Positions 1 through 9,400 of a stretch of DNA of 64,000 bases are shown one piece after another. The notes under the pieces were generated by a model. The model searched no databases. It worked only from the letters and a program-made list of their open reading frames with translations, and was not told the origin of the DNA. The stretch covers positions 7,136,001 through 7,200,000 of the forward strand of contig OZ244561.1 of assembly GCA_965217585.1 (NCBI GenBank), given 5' to 3'. Within the stretch, counting starts at the first letter, position 1, and every line of letters begins with the position of its first letter. The position numbers were made by a program, and so were the translations under genes. Source of the stretch: Candidatus Latescibacterota bacterium (GTDB lineage Bacteria > Latescibacterota > UBA2968 > UBA8231).

Positions 1-1
1 G

Positions 2-1282
2 CGTTGGTTAGCCGGAGAGGACGCCGCAGACGACAGTGCCGATGTAGAAGGAATCGGTGCAGAGGATGGCATTAGCGGGAACAGTTCGTCCAAGGTGGAA
101 CGTCAGATAATCCGATGGCGAGGGGTGGCCGAAACGGAATCCGAACACATCACAGCGGACCCTAGGACGATTCGTCCCGGCGATGTTATTGTGATCCCAG
201 CTAACCATCCGGGGCTAGCGCGTCAACTCGGAGACCTGCCGCCGGACGCCGACTTGGATGTGGGAGATCGCGCCTATCGGCTCGCCCGCGCTAAGCCCAT
301 CCTTCGCTTGCACCCGAAGTTAGTGGACGATTGGCCGGATTCCGTTACGGCTAAAGGTCCCGCAGACGAACTGCTAAAGGATCTGGAGCAGAAGTACGAC
401 GACGATCCGCATGAGGTCGGCAATGCCTTGAGGGAGCTTCTACAGGAACTGGCCGCCTCTGAATCGCTCCCAGAACACTGGTCTTGGTTGCCGAAAGCGG
501 CAAAAGAATTGAGCAAGGAATACTCCGGCTCCAAGCTGGCCCGTGCCTATCGCGCTGTCGGCGGCAAAAGTATCGTCCTCGTCGGGCGGCAGCGCATACC
601 GGAACTCACCCTCGAAGCCGACCACTTCAGCGATGAGGACGACGCTAGCGCGTCTGGGATCGGGCGTCCCGTCAAATTGTTAAGTCACCTGCCCGGCGTC
701 GAAGCGTTTGCCCGCCGTCATGCCTCGGGCTGCGGCTTGCCAGCGGACTTGGTCGAAGTTCTCGCCTGCGCTGGCCTGTTGCATGACTTGGGCAAGGCCG
801 ATCCTCGATTTCAGTCGTTATTGCGTGGTGGCACTCGCTGGTTGGGCGGGGAACTTCTCGCCAAGTCTGCCGAAATGCCGAGAAGTCCGGCAGCCTATGA
901 GAAGGCTCGGACCGCTTCCGGCTATCCGAAAGGTGGGCGGCACGAACTGCTTTCGGTGCGCTTGGCAGAAAGCGCGTCGATTCTTTTGCCGGAAAGGGAC
1001 GATCTGCGAGACTTGGTTCTGCATTTGATTGCCAGCCATCACGGCCACGGTCGGCCGTTCGCGCCGGTGGTGTGTGACGAGCAGGGCGAGGATGTAGATT
1101 TCGAGTTGCGCGGCCAACGGACGCACTGGTCTGGTCCCACCGGCCTTGAGCGTCTCGACTCCGGCGTCGCGGATCGCTATTGGCGGCTGGTGCGGCGCTA
1201 TGGCTGGTGGGGTTTGGCTTGGCTGGAATCTCTGCTGCGACTTGCTGATTGGCGGCAGAGCGAACAGGAGGAGACACAATGA
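2..1282 (+). CDS. cas3: Type I-G Cas3 helicase-nuclease, 3' part (gene starts upstream of window) with C-terminal HD domain
   Basis: Frame open from base 2. Contains HD-domain motifs SHLPGV, LLHDLGKADPRFQ, RHE, HHGHGRP, LRLADW at the C-terminus, the arrangement typical of I-G (I-U) Cas3; cas context. Confidence 0.9.
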   Translation, partial: RWLAGEDAADDSADVEGIGAEDGISGNSSSKVERQIIRWRGVAETESEHITADPRTIRPGDVIVIPANHPGLARQLGDLPPDADLDVGDRAYRLARAKPILRLHPKLVDDWPDSVTAKGPADELLKDLEQKYDDDPHEVGNALRELLQELAASESLPEHWSWLPKAAKELSKEYSGSKLARAYRAVGGKSIVLVGRQRIPELTLEADHFSDEDDASASGIGRPVKLLSHLPGVEAFARRHASGCGLPADLVEVLACAGLLHDLGKADPRFQSLLRGGTRWLGGELLAKSAEMPRSPAAYEKARTASGYPKGGRHELLSVRLAESASILLPERDDLRDLVLHLIASHHGHGRPFAPVVCDEQGEDVDFELRGQRTHWSGPTGLERLDSGVADRYWRLVRRYGWWGLAWLESLLRLADWRQSEQEETQ

Positions 1283-2208
1283 CCGCAAATGAATCAACTC
1301 CGGGGCTTTTGCTGAACGGACTTGACGGCAGCAATCCGCTCGGATTTCTCGCGGCCATTGGCACTGCGGTTGTCCTGCAAGATGTATTCCCAGAAATACG
1401 CCTTGGCTGGGAACAAATAGAGGGCGGTTGGAGGCCATCCTTGGCAGGTTGTGGCGACGATGAGCAGGAATTTGCGGAAAAACTCTCAGAAGCTCTAAAA
1501 GACGCACCCATGACTGTCTTTGATGTTGACAACAAGATGCCTTTTGACACCGAGAAATTTTCTCGCAAACTGCGAGATGTTCAGTGCTGTTCGTCTATTG
1601 CCGATCGTCGAGATGCCGATTTTCTGTCCAGCTTTGGAACCGAACTATATCCCGATGAGAAAAACGGACAGTTCCAAGATTCAAGGTTCAGGATGGTACG
1701 TAGCGGAGATAGTGCGGGACAAGGATTGCCGTTCTATGCCAAGGAAATGCGAAAAAAGGTCAGCATAGATCACATTCAACGCACTTTGTTTCACGCTTGG
1801 GATTACCAAGACACAGGGTATAGCCTGCGTTGGGACCCTATTGAAGATCAGCGGTATGCTCTGCGTTGGCGCGATCCGAGCAAGTCAAGCCAAGACACCA
1901 TGTTGGCGGCCAATAGCTTGGCGGTTGAGGCATTACAGTGGTTTCCGGTGGTAATGCCCGTTGGGAACCAAGCGCAAACTACGGGATTTCAGCGACTCAG
2001 GCGGCGCGAGACCTATTTCGTCTGGCCGATTTGGACCCCGATGGTGGGCATAGAAACTGTGCGTTCTCTGCTGGCCTTGGACGATCTTTGCAAAGAACCC
2101 GTACCCCGTTCATCCCTTGTCAAGAGAGGTATTGAGGAAGTTTATCGCAGTCAGCGCATCCAGCAAAGCCAGTACTACAGCAACTTCCTTGTTGCTGTCC
2201 CAGCGTGA
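1279..2208 (+). CDS. Type I-G associated Cas8g-like / Cas3-extension family protein
   Basis: ATGA overlap with the cas3 stop and AGGAGG RBS. GLDGSNPLGFLAAIG N-terminus and LRWDPIEDQRYALRW motif resemble the protein found after cas3 in I-G loci. Confidence 0.7.
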   Translation: MTANESTPGLLLNGLDGSNPLGFLAAIGTAVVLQDVFPEIRLGWEQIEGGWRPSLAGCGDDEQEFAEKLSEALKDAPMTVFDVDNKMPFDTEKFSRKLRDVQCCSSIADRRDADFLSSFGTELYPDEKNGQFQDSRFRMVRSGDSAGQGLPFYAKEMRKKVSIDHIQRTLFHAWDYQDTGYSLRWDPIEDQRYALRWRDPSKSSQDTMLAANSLAVEALQWFPVVMPVGNQAQTTGFQRLRRRETYFVWPIWTPMVGIETVRSLLALDDLCKEPVPRSSLVKRGIEEVYRSQRIQQSQYYSNFLVAVPA

Positions 2209-2387
2209 AACGCTTCGTGAACCAAGCCTCGGTTAGGAGCCGATGCTGATCTTCAGAGCAAGGCAATTAACTTGGGTATAGAAGTTCTCTGACAGATGAA
2301 ATTTGAAATTATTCCATAGCGTAGTAGGTTTACGGCGCATGTTGAACTCTTGTCATCGCCGTGCATTCCGATTGGATACCGCAATCT

Positions 2388-3857
2388 ATGAGCAAAGCAG
2401 TCTATTTGGCTGGTGATTTTTCTGGAATCCAGCGTTATGTGCTGGGTGTGAAGAGCGCGGGCAAAGCACAGGCGAAGCGCTTGCGAGCCCGGTCTTTCCT
2501 GCTCGAACTCTTTGAACATGCCGCACTTTGGACGGTAAAGGAACGTTTGCGTATTGCTGACGATGATGTCCTAGTCCGGGGTGGGGGTGGTTTCCTGATA
2601 AGGATTCCACCTGATACCGATCCCGTTCGCCTTGAGGAGATTCGTTCCGGCTTGCAACGCAAGCTGTGGGATGAATCCGGCGGAGAAGTCCAGTTCTCGT
2701 TGGGCTGGGCTGAGACGCCACTCGCCGCCCGCGCTCATCTGGAACTTCAGAAGCGCCGTATAGGAGCTTTCATGCTGCAAAGCAGCGGCGGTTGGAACCC
2801 GGCGGGTTGGAGCCAACCTTCACTTGACAAGCCGTGTGAAGTCTGCCGCCAATCTCCAGGACAGCAGAGCGTGCAGGATGAAGGTGAGGAAGTCCTACAT
2901 TGTAGAAGCTGTCTGGAGGCCCGCAAACTCGGTGAAAAGCTGACTCGGTGGAAATGGATGCGCCCAGGTGGCGGCTCAGTGCAAGCGCTGGGCGTTGGCT
3001 TCGAGCACGTGAACGATCAGGAGTCTGAGGCTTTTCGCGTGGGCCGCTGGATACCGCGTCATTCCGATTCCCGCGAACCGCTGACATTCCAAGAAATCGC
3101 AGAGCAAGCCCGTAGCGACCGTCGTTTGGCTGTGTTGAAAGCCGATGTGGACGACATGGGCGTCCGGGTCGGACAAATTGCCGGAGAAGACCAGTCGTAT
3201 AACCGGCTGCGGTCTTTCAGTTACAGTCTGCACGAGTTCTTCGGGCAGACAATTCAGGAATTGTTGGCAAAGTCATGGCCTTTGATCTATACGCTGTATG
3301 CCGGCGGGGACGATCTGCTGCTAGTTGGCCCTTGGGACGTTGTGCTCGACTTTGCGGGGTCTCTGGTAAGAAAGTTTGAGACGGGTCCGGCCCAAGAGTA
3401 TTCACCGCTAACCTTAAGTGCTGGAATCGCTCTAACCCCTTACCGCGTACCGATCCGTCACGCAGTCGAGCGTGCGGAGGAACTCTTGGAGTCGGCTAAG
3501 CAACGTCCGGGCAAGAATCGGTGCGCCGCCCTCGGGGCGGATTGGAGTTGGAAGCAACACGAATCTGTAGTAGGCGATGGCAAGCGGCTGGCGGACTGGG
3601 TTGGGGATGGAGTGGCTCCTCGCTCCCTACTACATCGTTTGCTGCGTCTCGCGGAGAGCAGCAAGCCTGTGCGAGTGGCTCGCTGGGCTTATCAAATCGA
3701 GCGCAACGTGCATCGACGCCACACCGACTTTCGTCGCTGGGCAAACCGTGTGATCGAATATCTAGGGCGCGACGAACAGCGCACAAACGAATTGGCGGCA
3801 AGTCTCCGCTATGCCTTGTTGGCAACACGACCGCGAAAGGAAGGACGCGATGAGTAG
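2388..3857 (+). CDS. cas10: Cas10/Csm1, compact and HD-less, with intact Palm2 cyclase motif
   Basis: Starts directly at Palm1 motif LAGDFSGIQRYV; Zn finger CEVC..CRSC; KADVDDMG and YAGGDDLLLVG (GGDD). ATG at 2388, alternative GTG at 2361. Confidence 0.92.
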   Translation: MSKAVYLAGDFSGIQRYVLGVKSAGKAQAKRLRARSFLLELFEHAALWTVKERLRIADDDVLVRGGGGFLIRIPPDTDPVRLEEIRSGLQRKLWDESGGEVQFSLGWAETPLAARAHLELQKRRIGAFMLQSSGGWNPAGWSQPSLDKPCEVCRQSPGQQSVQDEGEEVLHCRSCLEARKLGEKLTRWKWMRPGGGSVQALGVGFEHVNDQESEAFRVGRWIPRHSDSREPLTFQEIAEQARSDRRLAVLKADVDDMGVRVGQIAGEDQSYNRLRSFSYSLHEFFGQTIQELLAKSWPLIYTLYAGGDDLLLVGPWDVVLDFAGSLVRKFETGPAQEYSPLTLSAGIALTPYRVPIRHAVERAEELLESAKQRPGKNRCAALGADWSWKQHESVVGDGKRLADWVGDGVAPRSLLHRLLRLAESSKPVRVARWAYQIERNVHRRHTDFRRWANRVIEYLGRDEQRTNELAASLRYALLATRPRKEGRDE

Positions 3858-4380
3858 CATGGAGGATGCTATGAAAAAGGCGGGATTCAAACCGGAACGA
3901 CAACAGCGGCGAGATCTCGGCGGCGATAATCGTAACAGACCGCAAAGGGAAGCACTTCCGGAATTCCCAAGTTCGTACTTTGAAGTCGATCCACAAAGCC
4001 GAAAATACCTTCAACCTATATTCGTCGCCAAACAATCTGTCGATCGTTTGGCGAGGATATTGGGGAAGGAATCCAGACCGAAACTCACTACCGGCCAGAT
4101 GCGCCGCTTCTTCAATCACTGCCGCGAGATTGAACGTCAATTGAAAGTTGACGGCAGAAGCTGGCATCAAGTATCTGCCCGCTTCGAGGGACTCTGTTAC
4201 CAAGCTCAGTACGCAAAATCGGCGGGTAAGATACCCAAGGAATTTCAAGATTTCATCGATGACAACGTGAAACGGGTAGGCTCCGCGAAAGAGCCGGAAA
4301 GGGCCTTTCTGGACGGCTTTCTACCCCATTTCGAGGCATTGGTTGGCTTTGGGGCCGCTTATATGAGGGAGGTTTCCTGA
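3850..4380 (+). CDS. csm2: Csm2 (Cas11) small subunit
   Basis: LTTGQMRRFFN motif and C-terminal FEALVGF; lies between cas10 and csm3. Confidence 0.88.
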   Translation: MSSMEDAMKKAGFKPERQQRRDLGGDNRNRPQREALPEFPSSYFEVDPQSRKYLQPIFVAKQSVDRLARILGKESRPKLTTGQMRRFFNHCREIERQLKVDGRSWHQVSARFEGLCYQAQYAKSAGKIPKEFQDFIDDNVKRVGSAKEPERAFLDGFLPHFEALVGFGAAYMREVS

Positions 4381-4381
4381 C

Positions 4382-5053
4382 ATGCAAAGAACCGCTATTC
4401 ACACCATTACCTTTACCGCTCGCTGCGAAAGCGGTCTTCATATTGGAGGTTCGCAAGACGAGTTGGCAATTGGTGGGTCCGACAATCCGGTGATCAAGAA
4501 TCCAGAAACTCGTCAGCCCTATATCCCCGGTTCCTCGCTGAAGGGAAAGATGCGAGGCGAATTGGAGAAGCAATTGGGCCGATTCAGCGGTCGGGATAAT
4601 GATCGTCCGTGCAGTTGTGCAAAGGATGAATGCCCCGTTTGTCGGATATTTGGAGCGCACATGAACACCAGAAGCAATCTCGGCCCTTCCCGTATCATCG
4701 TCCGCGACGGTAGGCCCCTCACGGGTGTTCGCATCGAGAACAAAACGGAAAATGTCATAAATCGCCAAACTGGCGCGGCTCAACATCCGCGCTCAAACGA
4801 GCGGGTCGTTGAGGGAACAGAGTTTGGGATGCAGATCGTTCTACAAGTCTTCGATCTTGATAGAGATTTCTCGTACACGGACACCAACGGTGGCTCGCAT
4901 CGAGGCGACGAAGCCCTCCAAGCGGTCGTCGCTGATGGCTTGAATCTGGTGCAGATGACGGGTCTGGGCGGTGGGACAAGCCGGGGTTCAGGCGCGGTGA
5001 GTTTCGACGATTTCAAATTGGACGGCAATACATGGACCCATTGGTCCGTCTGA
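4382..5053 (+). CDS. csm3: Csm3 (Cas7) RAMP backbone RNase
   Basis: GLHIGG, GGSDNPV (catalytic Asp position), PYIPGSSLKGKMR, Zn-binding cysteines and G-rich loop GLGGGTSRGSG. Confidence 0.93.
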   Translation: MQRTAIHTITFTARCESGLHIGGSQDELAIGGSDNPVIKNPETRQPYIPGSSLKGKMRGELEKQLGRFSGRDNDRPCSCAKDECPVCRIFGAHMNTRSNLGPSRIIVRDGRPLTGVRIENKTENVINRQTGAAQHPRSNERVVEGTEFGMQIVLQVFDLDRDFSYTDTNGGSHRGDEALQAVVADGLNLVQMTGLGGGTSRGSGAVSFDDFKLDGNTWTHWSV

Positions 5054-5982
5054 GGCTGAAGCCTCTCGGGGTTTGGACCACGCCTTGGCAGGCGGATTCG
5101 CTGCTTGGCGCGATGGCGTGTGCATGGGCGCGTTCTCGGGGGCAGGATGCGCTCCAGCGGGACTTTTTGGAGCCGTGGCTCGCCCACGAGCCGCTGTTTG
5201 TCATCTCCGATGCTTTTCCTGGCGATTCTTTGCCAGCACCGGCGGGCCTGCCGTTATGGTGGGACTGGCCTTCGGAAGAACGCAAAACCGTCAAGAAATG
5301 TCGCTGGATGACTACGACCGACTTTCGTCGAGTCCAAGAGGGGAAAAAACCCAATCTAGAAGATCCCGGTATCTCTATCCGCGATCGCGTGCGGCTGCGC
5401 AATACCATCTCCCGCGTTTCCAATACCACGGGTGCTGGTGGTGAACTCTTTGAAGTGCCGTTTTCAAATCTCAGCAAGTCCGACGGCAGCCTGACCATTT
5501 TTGCTCGCGCTGCCGACGGTGGCTTGCAGATTTTGCTGGAGGCCTTGGAAATGCTGGGGCGGACCGGGTATGGTGCCGATGCCTCGGTGGGCCACGGCGG
5601 TTTTGAGCTAGACGGCGATCCAACTTCCTGTCCCGAACTGGATAATGTTCTTGGGGCTGACGGGTTCACATCCCTCTCAACGTTCCAGCCAGCGGCTACT
5701 GACCCAGTGGAAGGTTTCTGGCGACTCTTCGTCAAGTACGGAAAACTGGCCCCAGAGTTCCACTCTAGCGCCGTGTTCAAACGTCCACAGGTCATGCTGG
5801 CGGCCGGTGCCTGCTTCCGCACGAAACACCCTCCAAAACCTTTCTACGGTGCTCCGATTGGGCCGGAGCGCTTGCTTAGCAAAAGTGCCCGTGAATCGCT
5901 TGCCGCACGGGGCATTCACCCGGTTCAAGCGGCTTTCGCGCTCGCTGTTCCCATGATCTGGCTAAAGGGAACAGACGGGTGA
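5032..5982 (+). CDS. csm4: Csm4 (Cas5) RAMP
   Basis: ADSLLGA, ISDAFP, RNTISR and G-rich loop GYGADASVGHG; follows csm3. Confidence 0.88.
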   Translation: MDPLVRLRLKPLGVWTTPWQADSLLGAMACAWARSRGQDALQRDFLEPWLAHEPLFVISDAFPGDSLPAPAGLPLWWDWPSEERKTVKKCRWMTTTDFRRVQEGKKPNLEDPGISIRDRVRLRNTISRVSNTTGAGGELFEVPFSNLSKSDGSLTIFARAADGGLQILLEALEMLGRTGYGADASVGHGGFELDGDPTSCPELDNVLGADGFTSLSTFQPAATDPVEGFWRLFVKYGKLAPEFHSSAVFKRPQVMLAAGACFRTKHPPKPFYGAPIGPERLLSKSARESLAARGIHPVQAAFALAVPMIWLKGTDG

Positions 5983-6009
5983 GCTTACAGTTAAAGGATT
6001 GACGCTTAT

Positions 6010-7083
6010 ATGGCACACCTACTCATCACCACTGTTGGCACGTCTCTGCTAACCAACCGCGATGACCGTCCATGGGCAGGATGGAATGGGCGGGCTGGCG
6101 ACCCGTTGCCAGACGTAGTGGACGTAGATCAGTGGCTGGATCAGGCAGAGGTGGTCACAGCTAGCGCCGAAACTAATACCTTGTACGCCATTGGCGTCCA
6201 TGACTCAGATCATATCCTCTTCCTCCACTCCGACACACCAGAAGGGCGCTTTTGTTCAGAGCGGCTGCAACATTTCTACGCCAAGCGTTGCCGTCAAGTT
6301 TACGGTCGTTCGCTAACTGCCTTGGGGTACTCCCACGCTAGCTTCTCGCAAAAAGGGTTGAAAGTCTTGGTCGAAGAAGCCATCAAAGCCGTGCGTGAAG
6401 CGCGTAAAAAATCTCTTCAACCCGTATTTTGTGCCACAGGTGGGTTCAAGGCCGAAATCGCTTTTCTCAACTTATTGGGTGCCTTGTTAGAGGTCGAAGT
6501 GTACTACATCCACGAGCAATTTAGAGAGATTGTTCGCCTGCCTCGCTTGCCATTGAATTGGGATATGCAATGGGTTATAGAACGCCAGGATTTTTTTCAG
6601 TGGATTGATGACGAGCCACGTCCAAGCGCAGAGGTGGAGAACCGATTAAAGGCGCGCCCAGAACTTCGGCCGCTCATCGAAGATGATGCGGATGGAAACT
6701 CGTACCTCAATGCGGCGGGCGACTTGCTGTTTCGCGTTGCCAAGGAACGGTTGAGCCTTGAACCTCGTGCGACTTGGCCCGATGTGGTGGCGAGACCGCC
6801 GCAAGAAAAAGATCACCTTTCTGATGTGGAGCATCACCGTCCGAAAGGTTGGAAGAATTTCGTCTCTCGCCTTTGTGCGATTGATTGCGTAAGCCGAGTC
6901 TCTTATGATACGGCCGCCTTTGGCGGCGAAGTGGTCAAGGTGCTCGACGGTGCCAACGGCGTCATTGCGGTGCGATATGGTAAGGGCGACAAGGAGTTAC
7001 CCTTACGCATTGAGACATCTGCTCGTGGGACAGAGCAAACGGAGTTGGTTGAAGAATACATTGCACGGTGTCTTCGGAACTGA
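6010..7083 (+). CDS. CRISPR-associated CARF protein (APE2256-like) with additional C-terminal domain
   Basis: N-terminal TTVGTS, SAETNTL, HSDTPEG, ATGGFK and YYIHEQF..LP motifs of the APE2256 CARF family; directly downstream of the csm genes. Confidence 0.82.
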   Translation: MAHLLITTVGTSLLTNRDDRPWAGWNGRAGDPLPDVVDVDQWLDQAEVVTASAETNTLYAIGVHDSDHILFLHSDTPEGRFCSERLQHFYAKRCRQVYGRSLTALGYSHASFSQKGLKVLVEEAIKAVREARKKSLQPVFCATGGFKAEIAFLNLLGALLEVEVYYIHEQFREIVRLPRLPLNWDMQWVIERQDFFQWIDDEPRPSAEVENRLKARPELRPLIEDDADGNSYLNAAGDLLFRVAKERLSLEPRATWPDVVARPPQEKDHLSDVEHHRPKGWKNFVSRLCAIDCVSRVSYDTAAFGGEVVKVLDGANGVIAVRYGKGDKELPLRIETSARGTEQTELVEEYIARCLRN

Positions 7084-7179
7084 CCGCTTTGCGTAATTTA
7101 CATCAGGTTTTAAATACCTAAAGGCTTGAAGGCATGATTACTCCGCTGGTTGCTTTAACCATATAGGGAACGCCACCCC

Positions 7180-8892
7180 ATGCCTCACGACTCCCAACTC
7201 ACCCTACCTCTACCCCCGCCGCCAGTCGATGAGAATACGCCGCTGGTCCCGGCCCGCATGGTCAACGAATGGGTTTATTGCCCGCGGCTGGCCTATTTGG
7301 AATGGGTGGAAGGCGAGTGGGCTGAGAGCGGAGACACGGCTGAGGGGCGGCGCGCTCATGGGCGAGTTGATGAAGGTGGGGGTCGCTTGCCTGCGCCCGA
7401 CGAACTCGGCGAGGAGATGACCCGCGCCCGGGCCGTTACCCTTGCCTCGGAGCGGCTCGGCGTTATCGCCAAGATGGATGTCGTGGAGGCCGACGAGGGT
7501 ATCGCAATGCCGGTGGACTTCAAGAAAGGGAAGCGGCCCCACGTCGCCGCCGGAGCCTACGAGCCTGAGCGCGTCCAAATCTGCACCCAAGCCATGATCC
7601 TCGAAGACAATGGCTATAAGGTCGAGCAGGGGGTGCTTTGGTACGCTGGCTCACGCGAGCGGGTGCAGGTCGTTATCGACGACGAACTCCGCGCCCAGAC
7701 TTTGGAGGCGATTGCCGGCCTGCGATGGGCAGCGGCCAGTGGTCGTCGGCCACCGCCGCTTGAAAATAGCCCCAAGTGCCCGCGCTGTTCGCTGGCTGGC
7801 ATCTGCCTGCCGGATGAGACCAATCTGTTCCGCAAGGGGTATCCGCCGCGCCCGCTGAACCCGTCCGACGATCCGGCGCTGCCGCTCTACGTGCAAACGC
7901 CGGGGGCGCGGCTGCGCAAAAGCGGCGAGCGCTTGGTGGTGGAGACCAAAGAAGAGACCGTGGAAGTGCCCCTGATTGACGTTTCCCAAGTCGATCTGTT
8001 CGGCCCGGTCTCGGTGACTACGCCGGCTCTACACGCGCTGATGAACGCCGAGATTCCAGTGTCGTGGTTTTCTACGGGCGGCTGGTTCCTCGGCCACACC
8101 GTGGGGACTGGCAATGGCAATGTGGCCGTGCGCCAAGCCCAGTACCAAGCTGCTTTTGACGAGCCTCGCCGCCTCGCCTTTGCGCGCGACTTGGTGGCGG
8201 CTAAGGTGCGTAATGCGCGGACGATGCTGCGGCGCAACTGGCGTGTCAGTGGAGACGCGGAGGCGAAAAGCGACGTCTTGGTGCGATTACAGCGCATTGT
8301 CCAGCGGGTGCCCCGCGCTAAAGACGACCGTCAATTGCTCGGCATTGAGGGCGAGGCCGCGGCGATCTATTTCGCCTGTTTTGAGAACATGCTCACCGAG
8401 GGTGGGAAAGAGGATGTGCCCGCGTTCGCTTTTGCAAAGCGCAATCGGCGTCCGCCCACCGATCCGGTGAATGCCATGCTCTCGCTGGCTTATGCCTTGT
8501 TGACGCGGGTTTTCACGACCGCGATCTCGGCGACCGGCTTGGACCCTTACATGGGCCTCTACCATCGCCCGCGTCATGGTCGCCCGGCGCTGGCCCTCGA
8601 TTTGATGGAGCCATTTCGGCCTATTGTCGCGGACTCCTGCGTACTTCAGGCTATCAATAACGGCGAGGTCAAACCGGGGGATTTCGTATTCAACGGCCCG
8701 GCGTGTTCGCTAAAGACTAATGGGCGCAAGGCGTTTATCGCCGCGTTTGAGCGTCGTCTGGAGCAGGAAACCACGCATCCGCTTTTTGGCTATCGCGTCT
8801 CTATGCGGCGGCTGATTGAGGTGCAGGCTCGGTTGTTTGCCCGGCATTTGCAGGGCGAAATTGTCCCCTATCCGCATTATCTGCCCCGGTAG
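7180..8892 (+). CDS. cas1: Cas4-Cas1 fusion (type I-G adaptation)
   Basis: Cas4 motifs YCPRL, VDFKKG and CPRCSLAGIC, followed by Cas1 motifs LLGIEGEAAAIYF, NAMLSLAY and LALDLMEPFRP. Confidence 0.95.
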   Translation: MPHDSQLTLPLPPPPVDENTPLVPARMVNEWVYCPRLAYLEWVEGEWAESGDTAEGRRAHGRVDEGGGRLPAPDELGEEMTRARAVTLASERLGVIAKMDVVEADEGIAMPVDFKKGKRPHVAAGAYEPERVQICTQAMILEDNGYKVEQGVLWYAGSRERVQVVIDDELRAQTLEAIAGLRWAAASGRRPPPLENSPKCPRCSLAGICLPDETNLFRKGYPPRPLNPSDDPALPLYVQTPGARLRKSGERLVVETKEETVEVPLIDVSQVDLFGPVSVTTPALHALMNAEIPVSWFSTGGWFLGHTVGTGNGNVAVRQAQYQAAFDEPRRLAFARDLVAAKVRNARTMLRRNWRVSGDAEAKSDVLVRLQRIVQRVPRAKDDRQLLGIEGEAAAIYFACFENMLTEGGKEDVPAFAFAKRNRRPPTDPVNAMLSLAYALLTRVFTTAISATGLDPYMGLYHRPRHGRPALALDLMEPFRPIVADSCVLQAINNGEVKPGDFVFNGPACSLKTNGRKAFIAAFERRLEQETTHPLFGYRVSMRRLIEVQARLFARHLQGEIVPYPHYLPR

Positions 8893-8897
8893 CGAAT

Positions 8898-9191
8898 ATG
8901 GCCAACGAGCGTCTCTACATCGTTGCTTATGACATTGCCGAGCCGAAGCGTTGGCGGCGCGTGTTCAAGGTGATGAAAGGCTATGGACACTGGTTGCAGT
9001 TATCGATTTTCCAGTGTCGGCTGACGGCCCGGCGACGGGCTGAGATGACGGCGCGGTTGGAAGGTTTGATCAAATTGGCAGAGGATCACATTCTGATTTT
9101 GGATTTGGGGCCTGCTGACCAAGTTGATCCTCTGGTAGAAAGTCTGGGCAAGACGTATGAAGCGCCGAGTCGGCAGGCGACAATTGTTTAG
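8898..9191 (+). CDS. cas2: Cas2
   Basis: YIVAYDI and LQLSIFQC motifs; 97 aa, after cas1. Confidence 0.95.
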   Translation: MANERLYIVAYDIAEPKRWRRVFKVMKGYGHWLQLSIFQCRLTARRRAEMTARLEGLIKLAEDHILILDLGPADQVDPLVESLGKTYEAPSRQATIV

Positions 9192-9400
9192 CGGGGAATC
9201 TGCCGTGTCCCCTGCGAGTGCTCGGATGCAAAGAAAAAGGCCGGTAGCTCTCGCAATGCGCTTTCTATTTGTATTACAAGGAGATAGGTCGTATTATGAT
9301 ATGCGTTTGGCGAACAATTTGCATGTTCGAGAAGACAAAGCGGCCACCGCTCGCAAAAGGGGTGGAAAACCCAAGCCGCACAGGGAGTTCCGAAGGGACT
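9192..9400 (+). promoter_or_regulatory. CRISPR leader
   Basis: Non-coding 209 bp between cas2 and the first repeat, with AT-rich core and inverted GCGAG/CTCGC motifs; the degenerate repeat is at the opposite end of the array. Confidence 0.8.

Noticed and set aside
2-1282. HD nuclease at the C-terminus of Cas3, and Cas4-Cas1 fusion (7180-8892), as novelties
   Set aside because: Both are standard features of subtype I-G.
6010-7083. Calling the CARF protein Csm6/Csx1 or Cami1
   Set aside because: No HEPN RxxxxH motif, and the C-terminus is not recognisably RelE by eye; left unnamed.
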